Of a stretch of DNA of 24,000 nt, positions 1 through 8,841 are shown piece after piece (positions within the stretch are counted from its first letter, which is position 1; each line of letters opens with the position of its first letter). The position numbers and the translations under genes are program-made. The stretch comes from Dehalococcoidia bacterium (lineage in GTDB: Bacteria; Chloroflexota; Dehalococcoidia; Lucifugimonadales; JAGWBF01). The stretch covers positions 1,178,968-1,202,967 of the forward strand of contig OZ244824.1 of NCBI GenBank assembly GCA_965220375.1, given 5' to 3'. The notes under the pieces are model-generated. The model searched no databases. It was not told the DNA's origin and saw only the letters and a list, made by a program, of their open reading frames with translations.

Positions 1-136
1 GGCGGCTGGCGTGGCGAGGTTGTTCGCAGGGCTCTCAAGGGAGAAGGCTTTAGGTGAAATTCCCCAGGGACGCTGGACGTGCACCCAATAGACTAGGGCA
101 GGGGGTCGAGTGTCAAGGAAGATTTGTCCAGAGAGT

Positions 137-1399
137 TTACAGCTTCAGCAGCTTCTGGAAGGGGCGTTCGCTGCGGTGGGGGCCAACCACAGCCAGCCTC
201 AGGTTCTCGTCTCGCAGAATGTCGGAGGCTACCCGCTCCACATCCTCCGTAGTCACCTCGTCCATCATGGCGACCACATCATCCACCGTGTTGACCTTGC
301 CCGCCAGCTTCTCTTGGGCGCCCAGCCACATCGCCACGCTGCGGCTGTCCTCCATGCGCAGCATCATCCGGCCCTTGGACAGCTCCCTGGACTTGTCCAG
401 CTCGCTCTCGGGGATGTTGTCCTGGAGTCCCTTGAGCTGCTCCAGGATGGCGGACACAGCGCCCCGAGTCTTCTTTGGTTCCACACCGCAATAAACGCTA
501 ATGGCGCCGCAATCCCGGTAGAAGCTTATGGAGCTGTGCACATCATAGGCCAAGCTCTGCTTCTCCCGGAGCTCGAGGAACAGCCGGCTGCTCATGCCTT
601 CGCCCAGGATAACGTTCATCAGGGTCATGGCGTACCGGTCCGGGTGGTCCAGGGGCAGTCCCGGCAGGGCCAGGCACACGTGGGCTTGGTCGGTGTTTCG
701 CCGTTCGACCTTGACGGGGGCGGACCCATTCCGGTCTTCCACGGGAAACCAGGGGATGGGTTCCGCCTCCTTCCAGTCCTTCAGCAGGTCATCCAGCAGC
801 CCCACCACCTCTTCATGGGACACATCCCCGGCCACAGCTGCCACCACGTTCTTCGGCGTGTACTGGCTGCCCAGGTATTCCAGAATCTGGTCGCGGGTGA
901 TGGCCTTGACCGAGTCCTGGCTGCCTCCCACATCCCTGCCCATGGGCTGGGAGGGCCAGAGGGTTTCGTCTATGAGCAGGCCTACCCGGTTGGAAGGGTA
1001 GTCGTTGGTCATACGGAGCTCCTCCAGTATCACCTCCCGCTCCTTCTCCAGCTCCTCCGGGTCCATGATGGGGTGGACCAGCATATCGGCAAGCACCGCC
1101 AGCGCCGTGGGGAAGTGGGGCTTGGCAACCTTGCACCAGAAGATAGTCATCTCCCGGTCTGTGCTGGCGTTCATCACCCCACCGACGCCCTCGATGGCCT
1201 CGCTAACGTCCCGGGCTGTCGGCCATCCCTTGGTCCCCTTGAACAGCAGGTGCTCCAGAAAGTGGGATGCGCCTGCAATATCGTCAGTCTCGTAGCGGGA
1301 GCCGGCGCCCACGAACAAAGCCATGGAGACGGAATGGATGTTGGGCATGGATGAGGTGAGAACGGGCATCCCGTTGTCGAGCACACTCCTCTGGTACAT
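137..1399 (-). CDS. M16 family zinc metallopeptidase (pitrilysin/mitochondrial processing peptidase-like)
   Basis: Translated ORF 137..1507 contains the inverted zinc motif HFLEH in GASHFLEHLLFKGT. The N-terminus MYQRSVLDNGMPVLTSSMPNIHSVSMALFVGAGSRYE is typical of the family. The internal ATG at 1399 preceded by GGGAGA is the more likely start than 1507. Confidence 0.93.
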   Translation of the reverse strand: MYQRSVLDNGMPVLTSSMPNIHSVSMALFVGAGSRYETDDIAGASHFLEHLLFKGTKGWPTARDVSEAIEGVGGVMNASTDREMTIFWCKVAKPHFPTALAVLADMLVHPIMDPEELEKEREVILEELRMTNDYPSNRVGLLIDETLWPSQPMGRDVGGSQDSVKAITRDQILEYLGSQYTPKNVVAAVAGDVSHEEVVGLLDDLLKDWKEAEPIPWFPVEDRNGSAPVKVERRNTDQAHVCLALPGLPLDHPDRYAMTLMNVILGEGMSSRLFLELREKQSLAYDVHSSISFYRDCGAISVYCGVEPKKTRGAVSAILEQLKGLQDNIPESELDKSRELSKGRMMLRMEDSRSVAMWLGAQEKLAGKVNTVDDVVAMMDEVTTEDVERVASDILRDENLRLAVVGPHRSERPFQKLLKL

Positions 1400-1476
1400 A
1401 TCATCTCCCTGGACTAGAGTTGTATGGCGGTCGGTATTGAGATCGAGGTCGGCGATGGAGTACTGGGAGGGCAGAG

Positions 1477-2121
1477 CTAGCTCTTGAGCCACTCCACGTC
1501 CCCGCACAGATCGTCCGGGTGGGTCCTGGAGTTGAACTGGGCGATCTCCCTGCGCGCATCCCCCATCAGGGTGTCGGGACCGTGTCCGGTATAGACGGCG
1601 GTGCCATCCTCCAAGGGAAGGAGCTTTTCTTCTATGCTTGCCTTCACCTGCCTGAAGTTATCGGGGGAACCTGTGCGCCCGGGCCCTCCCTTGAACAGGG
1701 TATCCCCGGAGAATACGTGATTGCCGATTACGAGGCACAGGGCGCCGGGTGTATGGCCCGGCGTGTGCATCGCCTGGAGGCTGAGGTCCCCCACTGCCAT
1801 GCTGTCGCCATCCTGCAGAAGTATGTCCGGGGTCATAGGCAGGGCCGGGGCATCATCGGGATGGGCAGCCACGGGGGCGCCGGTGCGCTCCTTGAGGCGG
1901 CGCAGACCGGCTGTGTGGTCCGCGTGGCGGTGGGTGATGATAATGGCCTTGATGGGGCCGTCCCCTGCTGCGTCGGCCAGCTTCTCCGATTCATCGGGAG
2001 CGTCGATGATCACCTTCTCCCCGGTGCGACGGCAGGTGAGGATATAGCCATTGTTGTCCAGCATACCCATATGGGGAATCTTTATGATTTCCATCTCGCT
2101 GTTTTCGAAGTGGACGGACAA
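1477..2121 (-). CDS. MBL-fold metallo-hydrolase (glyoxalase II-like)
   Basis: Metallo-beta-lactamase motif THRHADHTAGL, plus HTPGHTPGALCL and FSGDTLF; 214 aa. The start could also be the ATG at 2094 (MEIIKIPHMG). Confidence 0.92.
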   Translation of the reverse strand: MSVHFENSEMEIIKIPHMGMLDNNGYILTCRRTGEKVIIDAPDESEKLADAAGDGPIKAIIITHRHADHTAGLRRLKERTGAPVAAHPDDAPALPMTPDILLQDGDSMAVGDLSLQAMHTPGHTPGALCLVIGNHVFSGDTLFKGGPGRTGSPDNFRQVKASIEEKLLPLEDGTAVYTGHGPDTLMGDARREIAQFNSRTHPDDLCGDVEWLKS

Positions 2122-2211
2122 ATCATGCCTCCCTGAGATGAGCTAATCTACATCTTAGCAGAAATCTCCGGCAGGACAACCTGACCGGTAGCCCCGTTGA
2201 GGGCCGGTCCG

Positions 2212-5200
2212 CTACTCGTACCGAAGGGCTTCGGCGGGGGTGACCCGGGAAGCCTGCCTGGCGGGGAAGAAGGTGGTGAGCATAGCGAAGATGTAGGTTG
2301 CGATGATTATTCCCACGATCTGCAGCCAGGGCACAGAGAATTTTATGCCCTCCAGCTGGTCCTCGAACCCGACCACAAGGTTGTTGGACAGGACGAATCC
2401 AAGGCTCACGCCGATAGCAATCCCCAGCAGGGTTACAAAGGAGGATTCCAACAGGAAGCTCAGCTGCACCATCTGCTGGCGGTAGCCCAATGCCCGCAGC
2501 ACGCCTATCTGCTGGCGCCGCTCCACCACAGCCCTCATGGACACCACGCCCAGGGCGGCGATGCCTACGATTAGCCCCAAGCCCATGTAGCCGATCAACA
2601 GGTTGTAGAAGGACCTGAAGAAGGAGACCAGGTCGGCGACTTGGTCCTCCAGCACGACGGTTTCCATGCCGTTGGCCAGGAAGGCGACCTCCAGGTCTTT
2701 CGACGCTTCCCGAACGTCAACCCCTTCGGCCACCTTGAACCTGTAGGTCGTTATCGGTATCTCCCCTGCAACGGGTACATTGATGCCGTTCCTGGACGCT
2801 ATGATACCCGCCAAATCCGCCGTCGGGTCGAGTATGGCGATGATCTTATATTCCCGCTCCCAGCCGCTGAGGGGCTCCGAAACCTCCACGGTTATGGGGG
2901 CTGCCAGGTCCTCGGTGAAGGAGACTCCTTCCAGGGTGAAGCTGCCTGCATCGTTAAAGTCCTGCTCGGCCTGCTCAAGGGCACCCGAATCTATCACCAC
3001 CAGGCTTGGGTCCCGAAGGAGGGCTTCCCACACAGCGTCGTCATCGCCCCTGTACTCGGGTATCGCAGAATGGATGCCGTACCCCGTCTGGTCCAGGTAC
3101 TCATCATCCGAAGCCTGCAGCGCGTAGCTCTCCCATGCCTGGCTTTCGGCCCCTACCTGCCTGACCGCAATGGGAGCTGTGGTGAATCCGCCGATGGCCT
3201 CGAAGTTAGCTATGGACAGGGAAGGGTTGTCTGCGATGGATGCCCGGATGTCGTCGATGGGACTGGCAAAGCTGACCCCGCCTTGGATATCCCAACCCCC
3301 GGCTATGCGCTCCGTATCGCGGAAGGTGTTGGCAAAAGATTCATTGAGCAGGGACATCACCACCATGGTGAAGATCACCAGGGAGAACATGGCTAGTGTG
3401 AGGCCTGTACGGAACTTGGCGCTCATAGGGTAGGCGACGGCGGTAACCACAACGGGCCGCAGCCTCCCCACCCGAGAGGTCAGGATCGTAAGGCCCCGCA
3501 GCAGGAGGTCGGCGTTGTACATAACCGTCCACACCGCGGCGCCCACCATGCATATCCCGGAGATGAAGAACATCTCGATGTCACCCTCCAGGTCCCCGGC
3601 CAGCACATCCCCCAGGTCCGCCGGGAGCAGCCAGAAGGCCAGCACCAAGACCCCTATCAGGGTGAAGGCGTGGCGATCGATGGTCTGGGGCCTTCGGGGA
3701 ACCTGGCCGCTGAGCAAGGGTAGGACCATGGAGGCCCCGGCAATCAGCAGCAGGGCCCCTATCGTGATGGTTACCGCCTGCCCGTTCAGAATGGCGTAGG
3801 GAAGCAGCAGCACTCCCGAAAGGGCCAAGAGGAAGCCGAACACCTCGGTGAACTGGGGCTGTGCCGTCACCAATAGGCGCAGCATAAGCCCAAAGCCGAG
3901 GACCATCAGGGTCATGCCCAGGGTGAAGGCCGCCTCAGAACTCCACGCCTGGATGCCTTGATAGTACAGGAACGCCCCAATCAGGAAGATGAGCCAGCCC
4001 CTGCGCAGATAGGGCAGAGAGAAACGCACGATGGCAATGAATAAGTCGGTTATCCAGATGGGGAACACGATCACCCAGAGGACGCTGCTCAGGGAGCGGA
4101 GGGTACCCCGCAGGAACCTGCCGCGGGCTATGGAGGAGATGCCCTGCCACAGGAAGACTATGGGCCGCCCCAGGGACAGGGGGAGCAGCTTCGCCCGTTC
4201 CATGAAGGAAGGCTCGCCACCCAGGACGATGTTTTCCGGCACCCCACGCACCGCCTCGGCGATGTTCATTCGGCTGACGCGGGTTGCCGAAACTACGGCG
4301 GTGACAAAGACGATGATCATCCCCATGCAGAAGGCGGCGATAATGCTCCTGGCCTCCACATGGTAGGTGAACGAGAAGTCCAAATCGATCCGACCAATAA
4401 TGTAATTGAGCAGGGCGATGATGCCATAGCTGATCACCAAGCCCAGCAGGGTCCCCACGGCTGCGGCGATCAGGTCGTAGGTGGTGCCCTCGAAGACGAA
4501 CATCTGCACCAGGTGGCTTCGCTTCGCCCCCACGGCCCGGGCCATGCCCATCTCAGTGCGCCGGGCGGCAGCCAGCATCACGAAGATCAGGAATATCAGA
4601 AGGATGCCCACCATGATGGAGAACAGGCCGAACATGACAAACAGGGATGTGATCCCGCTTCCGGCCTGGTCGGCGATGTCCAGGAGGAAGCGCTTGAGCT
4701 CGAACACGCTCAGGGACGCCAGGTCCTGGAAGAGGTTGTACGCTTCATCAAGGACCTCCCGACGCTGGTCATCGGGCAGTCCCGCGCCTTCTATGGCTGA
4801 TAGCACATCATCCTGCACCGACGGGTCCGAGAGGGTCTGCACAAGCTCATCGGAAATCCTCGGCTCTTGCAGCTCCCGGTGGAGGATGTCGAGCTGCTCC
4901 TTGGCCCGACCCAGGGCGGAGCTTCTCTGATCATCTATGGCTGACAGCACGTCGGGCTGGCTGAGCAGGACCTTCAGCTCGGCTGCCACACCTTCGTCGG
5001 CCAGCAGCCCCCGCAGATGGGTCGTAACGTCCCGGCTAAGGTCGGCTCCATCCTGGGACCCTCCCAGGTTTGATACGGAGATGGTGTTGATCTGTCCCTG
5101 GCGCCCGAAGAGCTCCTGTCCCTGCTCCAGGGAAAGGAGGGCCGTGGGGCTGGTGCTCTGTCCTGCCATGCCTCCCGACCGGACGATTTCGGCCACATCG

Positions 5201-5853
5201 AAGGCTTTCGTGTCCCCGCCGACTTGCAGGGCGATTCGGTGGCCCGCTTGCGCCTCCAGCTCCTCGGCCGCCGCGTCGTTTAGGTAAAGGCTTCCGCCGG
5301 GGAGCTGCTGAACGGACACAACCTCGCCGGAAAGGGTGGTGAGGGGCCTAAACCCGTCCAGGTGCGCCGGGTCAAATGCAGTTACCCGCATGCGGCCCTC
5401 GCTGAGGGATGTGGTATCGCTGAAAGCCGGGACCGTCTCAGCCATGTGGGGAATGATGCCGTCGATCTGGTTGAAGCCCTGCAGGGCCTCCTGCAGCCGG
5501 CGGAATTCATCCTCGGAGAAATAAGGCGGGCCGGGCTGTCCGAAACCCTCCGGGTCCTCGGAGGAGGTCAAGACCTCGTCGATGTTTCCCAGCTCCACTA
5601 TAGCGTCGCTGCGAATGGAGCTGCTGATGGTGTCGCCGGTGGCAAAGGCTGCTGTGATGATCACAGCGCTCAGCATGGAACCGACCACGATGAGCACGGA
5701 CTGGGACTTGCGGCGGGGGATGTTGCGCAGACCCAGGCGCAGCATCACCCGGTTCCTCCACGCCAGGATGCCCACGACGAGCATGATCGCCAGGAAGACG
5801 ATCAGCATGGTCGCCGATATGTAGGTCATTGAAAGGCCGAACAGCTCATCCAT
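2212..5853 (-). CDS. Very large ABC transporter permease with FtsX-like domains (1213 aa)
   Basis: N-terminal MacB/FtsX-like RNIPRRKSQSVLIVVGSMLSAVIITAAF. Two FtsX-type TM modules: RRTEMGMARAVGAKRSHLVQMFVFEG and RRQQIGVLRALGYRQQMVQLSFLLESSFVTLLG. It lies 15 nt downstream of the ATPase gene. Confidence 0.9.
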   Translation of the reverse strand: MDELFGLSMTYISATMLIVFLAIMLVVGILAWRNRVMLRLGLRNIPRRKSQSVLIVVGSMLSAVIITAAFATGDTISSSIRSDAIVELGNIDEVLTSSEDPEGFGQPGPPYFSEDEFRRLQEALQGFNQIDGIIPHMAETVPAFSDTTSLSEGRMRVTAFDPAHLDGFRPLTTLSGEVVSVQQLPGGSLYLNDAAAEELEAQAGHRIALQVGGDTKAFDVAEIVRSGGMAGQSTSPTALLSLEQGQELFGRQGQINTISVSNLGGSQDGADLSRDVTTHLRGLLADEGVAAELKVLLSQPDVLSAIDDQRSSALGRAKEQLDILHRELQEPRISDELVQTLSDPSVQDDVLSAIEGAGLPDDQRREVLDEAYNLFQDLASLSVFELKRFLLDIADQAGSGITSLFVMFGLFSIMVGILLIFLIFVMLAAARRTEMGMARAVGAKRSHLVQMFVFEGTTYDLIAAAVGTLLGLVISYGIIALLNYIIGRIDLDFSFTYHVEARSIIAAFCMGMIIVFVTAVVSATRVSRMNIAEAVRGVPENIVLGGEPSFMERAKLLPLSLGRPIVFLWQGISSIARGRFLRGTLRSLSSVLWVIVFPIWITDLFIAIVRFSLPYLRRGWLIFLIGAFLYYQGIQAWSSEAAFTLGMTLMVLGFGLMLRLLVTAQPQFTEVFGFLLALSGVLLLPYAILNGQAVTITIGALLLIAGASMVLPLLSGQVPRRPQTIDRHAFTLIGVLVLAFWLLPADLGDVLAGDLEGDIEMFFISGICMVGAAVWTVMYNADLLLRGLTILTSRVGRLRPVVVTAVAYPMSAKFRTGLTLAMFSLVIFTMVVMSLLNESFANTFRDTERIAGGWDIQGGVSFASPIDDIRASIADNPSLSIANFEAIGGFTTAPIAVRQVGAESQAWESYALQASDDEYLDQTGYGIHSAIPEYRGDDDAVWEALLRDPSLVVIDSGALEQAEQDFNDAGSFTLEGVSFTEDLAAPITVEVSEPLSGWEREYKIIAILDPTADLAGIIASRNGINVPVAGEIPITTYRFKVAEGVDVREASKDLEVAFLANGMETVVLEDQVADLVSFFRSFYNLLIGYMGLGLIVGIAALGVVSMRAVVERRQQIGVLRALGYRQQMVQLSFLLESSFVTLLGIAIGVSLGFVLSNNLVVGFEDQLEGIKFSVPWLQIVGIIIATYIFAMLTTFFPARQASRVTPAEALRYE

Positions 5854-5867
5854 TGCTCACCTGCGGG

Positions 5868-6593
5868 TTACCTGTTGGACCCTGCGCGGCCTCTAGCTTG
5901 AGAAGCAGACATGCCGTCATCCACAACTATGCCGTCCCGCATGCGGACGATGCGGTGGGCGCGGTCGCCTACATCCTGTCCATGGGTCACCATGACGAAG
6001 GTCTGACGATTCTCCTGGTTCAGGCGGCACATCAGCTCCATGATGTCGTTGGTCGTTTCGCTGTCCAGGTCGCCGGTCGGTTCGTCGGCCCAGACTATTG
6101 CAGGTTCGTTTATCAGCGCCCTGGCTATGGTCACCCTCTGGCGCTGGCCCCCGGAAAGCTCGCCGGGCAGGTGGTGGGCCCTCTCTGAAAGCCCTACGAT
6201 ATCTAGCTGCTCCATGGACTTGCGTCGGGCCTCCCTGGGATTTACACCCGCAACCAGAAGGGGCATCTCCACATTCTCCACAGAGGTGAGGACGGGGATC
6301 AGGTTGTATAGCTGGAACACGAATCCCATCCGGCGGGCGCGGTAGTCGCTGCGTTCATCGTCGGGAAGCTCGTGCAGTTTCTTGTTCTCGATGAGTATCT
6401 CCCCCTGGTCCACCGTGTCCAGTCCCGACATGCAGTTGAGAAGGGTGGTCTTCCCGCAGCCGCTGGGACCCATGATGGCGAGCATCTCGCCCCGCTCGAC
6501 GGTCAGGTCCACTCCCTTCAGCGCTTCCACCTTTATCGTTCCTGTGTCGTAGGTCTTGAATACATCCCGCACTACTACGGACGGAACCTCCAC
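5868..6593 (-). CDS. ABC transporter ATP-binding protein (LolD/MacB-type), partner of the FtsX-like permease
   Basis: Walker [10 protein letters not shown], signature [15 protein letters not shown], Walker [13 protein letters not shown]. Confidence 0.96.
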   Translation of the reverse strand: MEVPSVVVRDVFKTYDTGTIKVEALKGVDLTVERGEMLAIMGPSGCGKTTLLNCMSGLDTVDQGEILIENKKLHELPDDERSDYRARRMGFVFQLYNLIPVLTSVENVEMPLLVAGVNPREARRKSMEQLDIVGLSERAHHLPGELSGGQRQRVTIARALINEPAIVWADEPTGDLDSETTNDIMELMCRLNQENRQTFVMVTHGQDVGDRAHRIVRMRDGIVVDDGMSASQARGRAGSNR

Positions 6594-6675
6594 TGGACCC
6601 TCCTAACCTTGACATTGACATATCGGGCGGCTTAGCCTCTCTCCAAGCAAACGCCCTATATCATATAGGAGGGAA

Positions 6676-6987
6676 GTGGCTGTGGCTAGGGGGGATGCAC
6701 CCTTGGGAGAAGTGGCAACCAGGGTGCTGTTTGAGAATGAAAAAGTGAAGATATGGAGCTTGGAGGTAGCCCCCGGCGATGCCAGCGACTGGCATCTCCA
6801 CAAGTGGGACTACGTCACCGTGTCTGTGGAGGGGGAGCGCCTTGTGCGGGAGCTGGAAGATGGGACCACAGAGCTGGTGGCCTTCGAGCCTGGGCGATGG
6901 ACGTATCATGCGGGACCTGAGGTACACCGGGTGATCAACGACAGCCAGGTCCCGTGGCAGAACCTGCTGATCGAGATCAAGGACTAG
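6676..6987 (+). CDS. Small cupin-domain protein
   Basis: 103 aa with cupin-like pattern GDASDWHLHKWDYVTVSVEGERL...EPGRWTYHAGPEVHRVIN. GTG start behind AGGAGGG. Confidence 0.75.
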   Translation: MAVARGDAPLGEVATRVLFENEKVKIWSLEVAPGDASDWHLHKWDYVTVSVEGERLVRELEDGTTELVAFEPGRWTYHAGPEVHRVINDSQVPWQNLLIEIKD

Positions 6988-7065
6988 GCGCCCGCCCAAG
7001 TTTATCCGAACGGACCTTGGCCCCTATCTCCTTACCAGCGTATCCTCTTCGTAAGGAGACGCGCG

Positions 7066-7311
7066 ATGTTAGTCAAGGTCACTTCTAAGAGGCAGGTAAC
7101 CTTTCCAGCCCGGGTGCTGGAGGCACTGGGAGTTGAGCCGGGGGACCAGATTGAGCTGCTCGAAGGCCCGGATGGCTTCTTACTGCGCCCGCGCCGGATA
7201 GACTATTCCAAGCTGGGCACCCTCCGGGACAAGATACCACCCGGGACCCCGCCCTTTGACATCCGCAAATTCAGAGACGAGGGATATGATCCGTACAAGT
7301 ATCGGGATTGA
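7066..7311 (+). CDS. AbrB/MazE/SpoVT-family DNA-binding protein, putative antitoxin
   Basis: 81 aa: MLVKVTSKRQVTFPARVLEALGVEPGDQIELLEGPDGFLLRPRR is the classic swapped-hairpin AbrB domain. Confidence 0.92.
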   Translation: MLVKVTSKRQVTFPARVLEALGVEPGDQIELLEGPDGFLLRPRRIDYSKLGTLRDKIPPGTPPFDIRKFRDEGYDPYKYRD

Positions 7312-7689
7312 CGCCTCCGTACTTGTGCGGCTCGCCTTGGTCAGCTACAAGACCTATTCGCCCGATGTGTCGCACGGTTAAGGGACCTCTCGTCAGGTGG
7401 AGTTGAGGTTCTTGCCTCCAACCAGGTGATCGGGGAGGCATACGTTGCCCTTCAGCGCCACTATGTCATTTCGTGGGAGGACTCCAGAGCCGCGCTTCAT
7501 GCCACCCTCACCAGCGGCCTGGCAGCCCCCCTCAACGGAGGTCCTGTACTGGATGCCCTCTCTGCCTCCGGCGGCCCCGGCCTCTTTGCCCGGCTGATAG
7601 CCAACGACTACTCCCACGCCGGTTTGGAAACTCTGACCCTGGACCGGCAGATGGCCTCGCTGCCTGCAGCGCGGCTCCTCGAAGGGTAG
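7286..7689 (+). pseudogene. PIN-domain toxin, apparently frameshifted, partner of the AbrB-type antitoxin
   Basis: ATG at 7286 (overlapping the antitoxin) opens MIRTSIGIDASVLVRLALV..., a PIN N-terminal strand with the first Asp, but hits TAA at 7379-7381. The remaining PIN-like sequence (LGQLQDLFARCVARLRDLSSGGVEVLASNQVIGEAYVALQRHYVI...LFARLIANDYSHAGLETLTLDRQMASLPAARLLEG) continues in another frame to 7689. The shift lies around 7335-7350. Confidence 0.75.
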
Positions 7690-7726
7690 TACGGATGTTG
7701 TTCTTCTATTGAGGCGGTGGGCACTG

Positions 7727-7948
7727 ATGACTTACCACGTTTACGAGAACTGGACGATTAACAAGGCAATTGTCCACGAGGGTAGATGCCCTTATTGTAA
7801 GCATGGCCGGGGCATCCACAGGACGGATCGCGGGAGGAACGGTCAATGGCATGGGCCATACGAAACGAGAGATGAGGCGCTTCAACACGCCAGAGCTACG
7901 GAAAGGCGTGATGTGAGGGCATGCAAGTTCTGCTTGGGCGGTCAATAG
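7727..7948 (+). CDS. Small Cys-rich protein of unknown function, possibly Zn-binding
   Basis: MTYHVYENWTINKAIVHEGRCPYCKHGRGIH...NGQWHGPYETRDEALQHARATERRDVRACKFCLGGQ has CPYC and CKFC pairs. The ATG at 7727 is preferred over the TTG at 7709. Confidence 0.7.
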   Translation: MTYHVYENWTINKAIVHEGRCPYCKHGRGIHRTDRGRNGQWHGPYETRDEALQHARATERRDVRACKFCLGGQ

Positions 7949-7972
7949 AACCCCAGCGATGAAGGGACCGGA

Positions 7973-8275
7973 ATGAATGACCAGCAGTTGGACCGAAACT
8001 TAAGATCCATAGGGAAAGAATGCTTTGTTACGTTCTTCGGAGAGCTTTGCGACCTAGAACTAACTAACGAGGCCGTTGCCAGATACATTGCGCAAGATTG
8101 GGGTTGCGATGAAGGCGCTGCCCTAACTTGGCGCGTGAATCCCGCCCGAAAGATCGTCCAAGCAGGGCGCGCGGCGGACGCGTTGGATATTTGCGCAAGA
8201 AGCCGTTTGCCAGCCCATACTAGGGATAGAGCCGCTGAATTAGCTGCCCATTTGAGGAAGTCAAGCCTGCCATGA
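7973..8275 (+). CDS. Hypothetical protein (100 aa), overlaps the nuclease-like gene by 4 nt
   Basis: Complete ORF with GGGACCGGA upstream. Its stop overlaps the start of the next gene (ATGA at 8272-8275), indicating translational coupling. Confidence 0.7.
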   Translation: MNDQQLDRNLRSIGKECFVTFFGELCDLELTNEAVARYIAQDWGCDEGAALTWRVNPARKIVQAGRAADALDICARSRLPAHTRDRAAELAAHLRKSSLP

Positions 8276-8784
8276 ACAGTGCTGAGACATTCAAGAGTTC
8301 ATTGCGATGGCTGGAACACAGCTACACAGACTACACGTTCTACACGGAGCGGGATGTCGTTTGGACAGTACAGAAGCATATCTCAGAAGAGATTGGCAAA
8401 GCAGGTCTGCGATGCCGGGTTTTCAACGACCACACTATCTTTAAGGGAACCAGGGCCGATCTGGTGATCCTTGGTGAGGGGGATTTCGTAGAGATAGCCG
8501 TTGAGTTCAAGTACGAGCCATCCCACGCTCGCAGGGCGGACCGTGGTGGAGACATCTGGCCATCAAAACTTGACCCTTCGGTAGTATTTTGGACCGGAGA
8601 GGGAAGCGTCCAAAAAGATGTAGACCGTGTGCAAGAATATGTCAAAAGGCTGTTGGCTAAGGAAGCCTTCTCCATCTTCATAGATGAGGGCGGCCGCTTC
8701 CGGTCCCGCAGCCCCCATAAGGGGAGCGAGTGGATAGACTGGGGCCGGGGTGTAAGTGTACTCTGGTCTCACGTGGTTCAGTAG
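8272..8784 (+). CDS. Putative PD-(D/E)XK-fold nuclease-like protein (170 aa)
   Basis: RADLVILGEGDFVEIAVEFKYEP matches the D...ExK arrangement of PD-(D/E)XK enzymes. It is preceded by a helix containing KHISEEIGKAGL and followed by SVVFWTGEGSVQKDVDRVQEYVK. Confidence 0.6.
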   Translation: MNSAETFKSSLRWLEHSYTDYTFYTERDVVWTVQKHISEEIGKAGLRCRVFNDHTIFKGTRADLVILGEGDFVEIAVEFKYEPSHARRADRGGDIWPSKLDPSVVFWTGEGSVQKDVDRVQEYVKRLLAKEAFSIFIDEGGRFRSRSPHKGSEWIDWGRGVSVLWSHVVQ

Positions 8785-8841
8785 CCGCCAATTGTGCTCA
8801 ACGTATAATAGTGAACCAATAATTTCCTCGGAGAGAGTTAA

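Noticed and set aside
110-1354. 414-aa plus-strand ORF
   Set aside because: It lies antisense to the well-supported M16 peptidase gene. The high GC and codon bias create open antisense frames, and the product shows no domain pattern.
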